Assembly: GCA_963704645.1 (NCBI GenBank)
Contig: OY969926.1
Span: forward strand, 832,001-896,000
Length of the DNA stretch: 64,000 bases
Reading direction: 5' to 3'
DNA from: an uncultured bacterium
GTDB lineage: Bacteria > Patescibacteriota > JACMRA01
Under the pieces are notes generated by a model. The model was given only the letters and a program-made list of their open reading frames with translations. It was not told where the DNA came from and did no database searches. A program made the position numbers and the translations under genes. Positions 56,198-64,000 of the stretch are shown here, piece by piece. Each line of letters starts with the position of its first letter. The stretch's first letter is position 1.

Positions 56198-59140
56198 CTA
56201 CTTAAATAGTTTCTTCAAATACTGTCCAGTGTAACTACCTTTAACTTTACTTACTTTTTCTGGTGTTCCTTCGGCTACTATAATTCCCCCGTTTATTCCC
56301 CCTTCTGGACCTAAATCTATTACCCAATCTGCAGTTTTTATAACATCTAAATTGTGTTCAATAACTAAAACTGAATTACCTTTTCCTACTAATTGGTGTA
56401 AAACTTTAAGAAGTAATTTAACATCCAACGGGTGTAAACCTGTAGTTGGCTCATCAAGAATGTACAAAGTGTTTCCAGTTCCAACCTTAGAAAGCTCGGT
56501 GGCTAGTTTAATTCTTTGAGCTTCTCCACCAGACAAAGTGGTTGCAGATTGTCCCAAATGAATATAGCCTAAACCAACTTCTAACAATGTTTTCAATTTT
56601 CTGTTGGCCAGGGTGTGGTTTTGGAAGAACTCGAAGGCTTCCTCTACGCTCATATCCAAAATATCTGCAATGTTCTTGCCATTATAGGTAATTTCTAAAG
56701 TTTCACGGTTGTATCTTCTTCCTCCGCAGTCTTCGCAAACAACGTATACATCTGGTAAGAAGTTCATTTCTACTTTAATTAAACCGTCACCTTGGCAAGT
56801 TTCGCATCTTCCACCTGGAACGTTAAAACTAAATCTTCCTTGTAAATAACCTCTAGCTTTAGATTCTGGTAAATTAGAAAACAGTTCACGAATTGGAGAG
56901 AACAAACCAGTGTAAGTTGCTGGGTTACTTCTTGGTGTTCTACCAATTGGGCTTTGATCAATAATAATAGCTTTATCAATACCGTTCAAACCTGTAATTT
57001 CTTCAAACTTTCCTGTAGGTAACCTAGAATCGTAGAAATAATTCATTAAATGGTTAGAAAGAATATCGTTAATTAAGGTGCTTTTTCCACTACCAGAAAC
57101 ACCAGTTACACAAACAAAACGTTGCAACGGGAAATGAGTAGTTAGGTTTTGAAGGTTGTTTTCGTTAGCATTCCAAATAGAAATAATTGGTACTTCGCCT
57201 TTGCCCAACTTTACCTTAAATTTAGGATCGGTAGCTTCCAACATATCTGGAACTTTGTATTTAACTTCACGTCTTTCTGTAGGAATTTCAATAATGTCTG
57301 TTCCAGCCAAAAATCTACCGGTTGGCGATTCTGGGTTGGCTGCAACTTCTTCAGGAGTACCAACGGCAATTACTTCTCCACCGTGCTTTCCTGCTTTTGG
57401 ACCAATATCAACCAAAAAGTCGCTGTCTCTAATTGTTTCTTCGTCGTGTTCTACAACTAAAACGGAGTTTCCTAAATCTCTTAGGCGTTTTAAAGTTTCT
57501 AGCAATCTGCTGTTGTCACGTTGATGTAAACCAATGGAAGGTTCGTCTAAAATATATAAAACACCAGTTAAACCAGAACCAATTTGGGTGGCAAGACGTA
57601 TTCTTTGAGCTTCTCCACCAGACAAAGTTTCGCTGCTTCTAGATAAACTTAAGTATTCTAAACCAACATTCACCAAAAATCTTACTCTAGAAGTAATTTC
57701 GCGCAAAATCATTTTGGCAATTTCGTTTTCTTTTTGTGGAAGCAAGGCTAGTTTAGGGTCTTGCATGTTTTCAAAATGAGACAAAGCCTGGTTAATTGGC
57801 ATGCTGGAAATGTCGGCAATATTTTTGTCTAAAATAGTTACAGCTAATGTAGAGGGCTTAAGTCTGCAACCTTTACATTCTGGGCAAACTCCTTTAGTCA
57901 TGTAGCTTTCAATATCGCGTCTGCTGGCATCGGAAGTGGTTTCTTTATATCTTCGTTGCAAATTTGGAATGACACCTTCAAAACCGTCTCCACCGAATAA
58001 AATTAACTTTCTGTGTTTTTCAGATAAATCACGCCATGCTGTGTCTAAACTAAATTTGTGTTTCTTAGATAATGTTTGGAAAACCTGGGTAAGCCATCCT
58101 CCGCTTAAACTTAAACGACTTAATGGGCGAACACAACCTTCGGAAATAGATAAACTGTGGTTTGGTACAACTAATTCAGAATCAATTTCTGTAACAACAC
58201 CTAAACCAGTGCAAGCTGTACAAGCACCGTGTGGAGAGTTAAAACTAAACTGCCTTGGCTCTAATTCGCCAGGTGATCCGTGGCCATTTGGGCAGGAACG
58301 GTTTTTAGATAGAACAATTTTGCGCTCCTCTTCATCTGGTTTTATAATTAAAACGAAACATTTTTCATTGCCAAATTTTAAGGAAGTTTCAACAGAATCT
58401 GTAATTCTTAAGCGGTTTTCTGGAATAACATCAATTCTATCTACTACAATTTCTAAGCTATGCTTTTGTTGCTTGTTTAAATCTTCTTTTTCGGCAGCAT
58501 CAATTAACATTATTTTGCCATCAATTCTAATTCTTCTAAAACCATTTTTCTTGGCTTCAATTATATGTTGTCTGTGCCACCCTTTCATATCTTCAACAAC
58601 TGGGGCTAGAACTATTAATTGAGTTTCTGGTGGGTTACTCATTAATCTGTCTACCATTTTGGTCACGCTTTCCCCTGTAATTTCAGCATTACAAACAGGA
58701 CAGTGCTGAATACCAATTTTAGCGTATAAAAGTCTTAAATAATCGTAAATTTCGGTAACTGTTCCAACAGTAGAACGAGGGTTTTGGGAAGTAGATTTTT
58801 GATCGATGGAAATTGCAGGTGAAAGACCGTCAATGGAATCTAGATCTGGTTTTTCTTTTAAACCTAAAAATTGCCTAGCATAGCTGCTTAAACTTTCTAC
58901 ATAGCGGCGTTGCCCTTCGGCATAAATGGTGTCGAACACCAAACTAGACTTACCTGAACCAGACAAACCAGAAAACACAACAAGTTGATTTTTAGGAATA
59001 ACTAAAGATACATTTTTAAGGTTGTTTTCTCTTCCTCCACGAATTGTTATAAAGTCATGTGGGTTTGGAATTAAGCTGTTGTTGGCTAAATATTCAGGTG
59101 TATTGAAGTTTTTAATTTGCGTTGCTAAACTATCTGACAT
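56198..59140 (-). CDS. uvrA: Excinuclease ABC subunit A
   Basis: GLSGSGKSS, Zn fingers, LSGGEAQRI x2, GVSGSGKS; ATG 59140 preferred because TTG 59176 is the TTGACA box. Confidence 0.98.
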   Translation of the reverse strand: MSDSLATQIKNFNTPEYLANNSLIPNPHDFITIRGGRENNLKNVSLVIPKNQLVVFSGLSGSGKSSLVFDTIYAEGQRRYVESLSSYARQFLGLKEKPDLDSIDGLSPAISIDQKSTSQNPRSTVGTVTEIYDYLRLLYAKIGIQHCPVCNAEITGESVTKMVDRLMSNPPETQLIVLAPVVEDMKGWHRQHIIEAKKNGFRRIRIDGKIMLIDAAEKEDLNKQQKHSLEIVVDRIDVIPENRLRITDSVETSLKFGNEKCFVLIIKPDEEERKIVLSKNRSCPNGHGSPGELEPRQFSFNSPHGACTACTGLGVVTEIDSELVVPNHSLSISEGCVRPLSRLSLSGGWLTQVFQTLSKKHKFSLDTAWRDLSEKHRKLILFGGDGFEGVIPNLQRRYKETTSDASRRDIESYMTKGVCPECKGCRLKPSTLAVTILDKNIADISSMPINQALSHFENMQDPKLALLPQKENEIAKMILREITSRVRFLVNVGLEYLSLSRSSETLSGGEAQRIRLATQIGSGLTGVLYILDEPSIGLHQRDNSRLLETLKRLRDLGNSVLVVEHDEETIRDSDFLVDIGPKAGKHGGEVIAVGTPEEVAANPESPTGRFLAGTDIIEIPTERREVKYKVPDMLEATDPKFKVKLGKGEVPIISIWNANENNLQNLTTHFPLQRFVCVTGVSGSGKSTLINDILSNHLMNYFYDSRLPTGKFEEITGLNGIDKAIIIDQSPIGRTPRSNPATYTGLFSPIRELFSNLPESKARGYLQGRFSFNVPGGRCETCQGDGLIKVEMNFLPDVYVVCEDCGGRRYNRETLEITYNGKNIADILDMSVEEAFEFFQNHTLANRKLKTLLEVGLGYIHLGQSATTLSGGEAQRIKLATELSKVGTGNTLYILDEPTTGLHPLDVKLLLKVLHQLVGKGNSVLVIEHNLDVIKTADWVIDLGPEGGINGGIIVAEGTPEKVSKVKGSYTGQYLKKLFK

Positions 59141-59372
59141 ACTATAAAGCTGGATACAAGTTGGGGCTTTTGTCAAAGTTTATGGTGTTCAGGGGAAATA
59201 GGGGGGGTGACTTAGGGTAAATTTACGTTGAATTTAGGGAATGTTTTATGGAAGTATATTTTGGAGAGGTGATAGATGATTCTTGTAGAAATAAATTTTG
59301 ACTTTAGTATTTTTATGTGCTCTAATAAGTAGGTAGCAATTTTGTATACAATTTACTTTTAACGAGGTTAAT

Positions 59373-59852
59373 GTGGAGATTTTCTTTGTTCTTTTTAACG
59401 CTTTTATTGATGAGGTCAGGAATCACCCTATTTCATTTTTGGCTTGGCTACTTGTTTTCCTATCAGTAATTGTTAGAAATTACAAAGTTAGAAAGGCACT
59501 AGCTCTTATTGGTCTTGGTCTGATTGCACTTACGGTTGTGCTTGTTATTAGCGGGCAAATGTCTTGGTACTACCAAGTCAGGCTTGTTAATTACTTCACA
59601 TTTATGAACGCTTTAGTATATGGCTTTATCCGTTTTGTGTTAGCGTTATGCAAAATGGCAATCACTTGGGAGCTTGCTAATGAGAGTGCACCACTTATTT
59701 GCCTTGTCGTATGCACATACTCAGTTTTTACAAACTATGCATTGCCAATAGATGTAACGCTTGTAAATTGGGATATAGCCAAGTTTTATTTAGGCGGATG
59801 GGTGCTATTGATATTTGGTCATTTTAGCAATTTATTTCTAAACAACAAATAA
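59373..59852 (+). CDS. Orphan polytopic membrane protein
   Basis: GAGG SD before GTG, TTGACT at 59298, terminator at ~59858-59898. Confidence 0.55.
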   Translation: MEIFFVLFNAFIDEVRNHPISFLAWLLVFLSVIVRNYKVRKALALIGLGLIALTVVLVISGQMSWYYQVRLVNYFTFMNALVYGFIRFVLALCKMAITWELANESAPLICLVVCTYSVFTNYALPIDVTLVNWDIAKFYLGGWVLLIFGHFSNLFLNNK

Positions 59853-60027
59853 ACTTAAAAAGAGTTCTTGCAAAATTTTAAACCAAGAGCTCTTTTTCTT
59901 TGGGCGAAAATTTTTGGGAGTGTGGTTCTATGTGTTTAAAATAATGTAATTGCATAATGGTTTCTTACTGCTTTTGACCATATGGTCTTATTAAAATATA
60001 CTTTGGTTATTAACGACCAATAAATTA

Positions 60028-60050
60028 TGGCGAGACAGGCTCGCCTCTAC
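60028..60050 (-). repeat. GTAG-type REP
   Basis: rc GTAGAGGCGAG-CCTGT-CTCGCCA. Confidence 0.75.
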
Positions 60051-60063
60051 ACAAATTTAATAT

Positions 60064-60378
60064 ATGTTTCAATCAATTTTAAAATACTATAAACAAAATG
60101 ATCAGGTTATTTTTGTAATGCTTGGGCAATTGGCCGTGTTTGGTTTAATAATTGCAGCTATAATCTATGCAGTTTTGCAAATTTCAACTTGGCGTGGTTT
60201 TCAGTTTGATCCGTTTTTAACCATTTCTTTGGTGTATATAGTTTACTTGCAAAATAAGGTTTTAAAATCTATTCAATTTCAAAATCAGCAAAATATTCAA
60301 ATTCTTTCCAAGTTAGTAGAAAAACAAACGGCCGAGAAAGCTTCTACAAAATTGGCGGTGAAGAAAGCTGTGAAGTAG
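60064..60378 (+). CDS. Small 2-TM hypothetical protein
   Basis: Two hydrophobic helices and a Lys-rich tail. Confidence 0.6.
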   Translation: MFQSILKYYKQNDQVIFVMLGQLAVFGLIIAAIIYAVLQISTWRGFQFDPFLTISLVYIVYLQNKVLKSIQFQNQQNIQILSKLVEKQTAEKASTKLAVKKAVK

Positions 60379-60438
60379 TTTACTATATAGTTTAAGTTTT
60401 TTGTGTAAGAAAATAGCAGCTTCAGAGCTGCTTGAGTT

Positions 60439-60678
60439 TTATTTTTGAAGGTACAAACCAACAGCGAAAGCTATAATTGGTCTTCCGTAAGTTGCTAAAT
60501 CTGTGTCAGAATAAAGACAGGTCATTATATCCTCGGCTGCCAGATTTTTGGATGAGGCTATGGCATCAATTTTGCCATAAAGCTTTTCCGATAAAAATCT
60601 ACCATTATGTGGGTCTTTGAATTGATTATACTTCTCACCCAGGTTTTCAATAAAGTCATTAATATACATATTACCCAT
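60439..60678 (-). CDS. Orphan hypothetical protein (79 aa)
   Basis: GGAG SD upstream; terminator AGCAGCT..AGCTGCT at ~60410-60432. Confidence 0.45.
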   Translation of the reverse strand: MGNMYINDFIENLGEKYNQFKDPHNGRFLSEKLYGKIDAIASSKNLAAEDIMTCLYSDTDLATYGRPIIAFAVGLYLQK

Positions 60679-60726
60679 TCTCCAAAAACGAGAGTTCTTT
60701 ACATTAAAAGCACAAACTATAGTTTT

Positions 60727-62394
60727 CTACAAGTCCTTTTCTTGAATAAACTTCCTTGAACCGTAACCTTGATATAAAATGACTAAGTTTTTCTTTCCTT
60801 TCAGGTTTTTAAATAACTCTAATTTTCGCTTAATTTCCTTATTTGGAAGGGCGGAAACTATAATTTTTTCTTTTTCTAAGCCTAATTTTAAAAGCTCGTT
60901 TTGAACCATTTTAGAGTAATTTGGTCCTACTAAAACTATGAAATCTATGTTTGCCTCGCCTAGGCTTTTGGCTACTAATTGATGAGTGTTAACAGACTGG
61001 ATTCCAAGTTCGGCAATATCGTCTAAAAATATAATTTTCTTACCATCAAAATTCTTCAATAGTTCAATAGCATTTAAAACTCCGTCTAAGTTGGCGTTAT
61101 AGGAATCGTTAATTTTATAGCCGTACTCTGTTACTTCAACATTCAAAGTTCCTTCTGATGACGGCAAATTTAACAAGCTTTTACTTAAATTTTCTAATTT
61201 AAAACCGTATGCGGTGCAACAGGCCATGCTAGCTAAAATATTTTGAATACTACCTTTGCCAATTAAATTAGTTCTAAAATTGTACATCTGACCTTCCCAG
61301 AAAACGTTAAATTCTGTTCCTTCCAAATCGCTACTAATAATTTCTGCACGAATGTCTGCATCCTCTGAAAAACCGTATTTAATAAGTTTTACATCTTTTG
61401 GAACTACAATTTCTTGACACCAAGGACTGTCCCAATTAATTATCGCTAAGTTTTCAGGCTTCAAAAACTGTAAAGATTCACTTTCGGCTGAAATAATTTG
61501 TTCTTTTCCGCCAAACAAACTGTAATGTTGGTTATTTAAACCCGTAATAATACTAGTATTTGGAAAGCTGAACTTACATTGATCAATTCCATCACCTTGT
61601 TTATAGGCTCCAATTTCGCTAATAAAAATGTCTGTTTTAGAATCTAAACTTAAAATTTTTCTGGCTACAGCTAACGTGGAATTATGGTTTTTAAAAGTTT
61701 TTTCAACATTGAATTTGGTTGCAAGTAAGCTGGCCAAAATTTCTTTAGTAGAGCTTTTACCGTAACTGCCAGAAATGCCAACCACTTTTAAATTAAGCAA
61801 AGTTAGTCGGTGATGTTTGGCTTTAAGTGTAATTCTGTATTTTAAGAAGGTATCTAGTGGCCATAGAAGTAAAATTGAAAATCCAATAATTAAAGGTTGT
61901 ATTAAAGACAACATCAACAAACTAATTGGAATTGTGGAAATTAAAAATGAACAATTCGGACAGCTAAATATTTTATCTAAAAAAGAATACAACACTAAGT
62001 TGGCTACAATTGCAGTTACCGACAGCCCTAAAATTTTAAAAGAAAATTTAGGAAGCAAGGCTCGCTTTTGAATAATTTGCCTTGTAAAAATGGCTATCTC
62101 TATAAGCGAAGTTAGAATAATGAATAAATAGACAAACGGAGAATAAAGCCTTGAAAAAACATAATCTAAAATTAATGCAAACAGTGCCAAAATTCTAAAT
62201 GTAGTAAACCAATCTAAAAATACCCGGGGAAACTTTGGAGAACTTACTAAATCTAGGAATTTGTCTAAACGGTATTCTTTCCACTGCCAAATGTATAAAA
62301 AGTAAATAAGCTTTTTTATAAGTACTAAAACCGTTATTAGAATTGAAAAATAAAAAGCTAAAACAGTAAGTGCAATAAGTTCAAAAACCGACAT
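60727..62394 (-). CDS. MurF-like Mur ligase with N-terminal TM region
   Basis: VVGISGSYGKSSTKE, EIGAY, QH, INDSYNAN, ELG. Confidence 0.85.
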   Translation of the reverse strand: MSVFELIALTVLAFYFSILITVLVLIKKLIYFLYIWQWKEYRLDKFLDLVSSPKFPRVFLDWFTTFRILALFALILDYVFSRLYSPFVYLFIILTSLIEIAIFTRQIIQKRALLPKFSFKILGLSVTAIVANLVLYSFLDKIFSCPNCSFLISTIPISLLMLSLIQPLIIGFSILLLWPLDTFLKYRITLKAKHHRLTLLNLKVVGISGSYGKSSTKEILASLLATKFNVEKTFKNHNSTLAVARKILSLDSKTDIFISEIGAYKQGDGIDQCKFSFPNTSIITGLNNQHYSLFGGKEQIISAESESLQFLKPENLAIINWDSPWCQEIVVPKDVKLIKYGFSEDADIRAEIISSDLEGTEFNVFWEGQMYNFRTNLIGKGSIQNILASMACCTAYGFKLENLSKSLLNLPSSEGTLNVEVTEYGYKINDSYNANLDGVLNAIELLKNFDGKKIIFLDDIAELGIQSVNTHQLVAKSLGEANIDFIVLVGPNYSKMVQNELLKLGLEKEKIIVSALPNKEIKRKLELFKNLKGKKNLVILYQGYGSRKFIQEKDL

Positions 62395-62522
62395 TATATA
62401 TAAATTTGTTGGGAAGAGCGGGTTTGGTCAAGGTAAGAAATGTGAAGTTTAAATTTAACTTGATAAATGTTGAAAAAAGTGATTATAGATAAGTCGGCAT
62501 TTAGCATAGCGAGTATTAAAAA

Positions 62523-62804
62523 ATGAGACAATTCCAAACTTTGACTGGATCAGTTTATAAAATTCTAAAAGGCGACCCAGACGATCAAGTTCAAAAAGGC
62601 GATGAAAATCCTTTGCCTTTTGTGGGTGGGTGGAACGGTAGTATTGAAAGCTTTAAAGCTAACACCACCCCTCTGCGTATTTCTTCAGAATTTGTCTCAC
62701 CCGAGAGAATTGCTGAAGGAGAAGAACCAAAATGCGTCTTAATAGGAGGTGACTTGTTTGGCAGGATTTTCATTCGAGAGGTTCATATGTGGTCAATGAA
62801 TTGA
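62523..62804 (+). CDS. Orphan hypothetical protein (93 aa)
   Basis: ORF with terminator-like hairpin at 62811-62852; TGA stop. Confidence 0.4.
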   Translation: MRQFQTLTGSVYKILKGDPDDQVQKGDENPLPFVGGWNGSIESFKANTTPLRISSEFVSPERIAEGEEPKCVLIGGDLFGRIFIREVHMWSMN

Positions 62805-62927
62805 ACTAAAATTACCCAAGTAGCTTTCCTTAAAGTGAACGGGTGATTTTTTATTGGACTAAAGCTTTTGTAAGTTTGTTAAAAACCAAAATATGGTTAA
62901 TTCTTTGTAATAACAATAGAAAAATAT

Positions 62928-63722
62928 ATGCACCCAAGCTTAATAGAAATTGAACAAAAGTTTTATCAGAAACAGAAAGTTTTAAACGGATCAGATTTAT
63001 TTAAAGTGGCCAGTCATTATTACTTACAGTTTCAAAATAGCACAGACTACAAAGATAAGCTGGCACATATTAAGAAGGCAGGGTTTTTTGTTGATGGGGC
63101 TTTTAAAGCTGGGTTAGAAAGTGTGGATGAATTATGTTTGGCTAGAGATATATTAACCAAAGCTGTAAGCTATGCGTCTTTTCCTCAGACTTTATCTACT
63201 GTTTTGTCTAAAATTACTTTGAAATGGTTAACTAATTCAGGCCATGCTAATAGTGAAATAATTCAAACCAAAAAAATTAAGTTAGATGTTGAAACAGGAA
63301 TGTTAGTTGCTTTTTCTAAAACTGACGAAAATATAGACAGTGCTTATAGCCACGATAAATATATTAATTTGTTTAATGAAGGGGCTTTGTTTGCCTGTGG
63401 TTTGGGTGCTGATTTTCAGTTAAATCTGGAGGTGAGAGAAATTGAATCGGGCGAACCTGTGCTTCTAGCTAAAGAGTATTCCAAGTTAGAGCAGTCAACG
63501 CCAGTATTTAATATTTTAGTTGGTAATTATGGTTTGCAGGTGGGTGATAGTCTTAGCAGCCTTTACTTAGAAGACAAATACAACATTAAATTGAACAGTG
63601 GAGTATACAAATTAGGCCTATTTTGCTTGAAAAACGGCAAATTTGTATTAGTATTTTGTTATACGAAGTCAGTAGATTTTTATAAAAATAAAATTACAAC
63701 TATACCAAGTATAGAGGCTTAG
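62928..63722 (+). CDS. Hypothetical protein (helical N-terminus, beta-rich C-terminus)
   Basis: 264-aa ORF; no family recognised with confidence. Confidence 0.65.
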   Translation: MHPSLIEIEQKFYQKQKVLNGSDLFKVASHYYLQFQNSTDYKDKLAHIKKAGFFVDGAFKAGLESVDELCLARDILTKAVSYASFPQTLSTVLSKITLKWLTNSGHANSEIIQTKKIKLDVETGMLVAFSKTDENIDSAYSHDKYINLFNEGALFACGLGADFQLNLEVREIESGEPVLLAKEYSKLEQSTPVFNILVGNYGLQVGDSLSSLYLEDKYNIKLNSGVYKLGLFCLKNGKFVLVFCYTKSVDFYKNKITTIPSIEA

Positions 63723-63785
63723 AGGGTGTATTAAGTTGCCATATATATTGACATTCAATATTTTTTGGGTATCTATAAAACTATT

Positions 63786-64000
63786 ATGGTAAATTCTACA
63801 AAGCTTCACAGTCAAAATAAAATATTAATTTTATGCGGTCCTAGTGGAAGCGGCAAAGGCACTTTGGTTAGGCATTTACTAGAAACCCATCCGCTTTTTA
63901 GCTTATCTGTATCGTGTACAACTAGAAAGCCAAGAGTAGGGGAAGAAGAGGGGAGGGAATACTATTTTGTTAATACCGACGAATTTAAAAGAAGGATCTC
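63786..64000 (+). CDS. gmk: Guanylate kinase (3'-partial)
   Basis: Manual translation: ILCGPSGSGKGTL...SVSCTTRKPRVGEEEGREYYF. Confidence 0.95.
   Translation, partial: MVNSTKLHSQNKILILCGPSGSGKGTLVRHLLETHPLFSLSVSCTTRKPRVGEEEGREYYFVNTDEFKRRI

Noticed and set aside
1-64000. Alternative genetic code (UGA=Gly/Trp)
   Set aside because: All conserved genes are full length under code 11

Overview
AT-rich bacterial chromosome segment (code 11) whose gene content suggests Patescibacteria/CPR (inference: VirB2-like pilins, two FemABX, LCP, little operon structure). It has ~60 CDS, including zwf, rsmI, ABC-F, TagA-NUDIX, FtsQ-like, gpmI, ctpA, PGM/PMM, rsmA, dnaA, lepB, gatB, WecA-like, CobW, dps, trhO, gap, Xer, pepA, uvrA, a Mur ligase and partial gmk. 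It also has 4 tRNAs (Thr-GGT, Pro-GGG, Arg-GCG, Cys-GCA), one complete IS481-like element and several families of dispersed REP-like palindromes. No CRISPR, rRNA, prophage or recognisable defence system was seen. The strongest unexplained patterns are: (1) resident genes look leaderless, with a TTGACN box 28-33 nt before the ATG and no SD, whereas about a dozen small orphan genes form self-contained promoter-(often SD)-ORF-terminator units slotted between them; (2) a four-domain tandem VirB2-like 'polypilin'; (3) pervasive in-frame insertions in conserved enzymes, at least one derived from a REP-like palindrome; (4) an IS placed exactly between two back-to-back -35 boxes, next to a gene with an apparent ATA start. 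All calls come from manual motif reading; no database searches were run.
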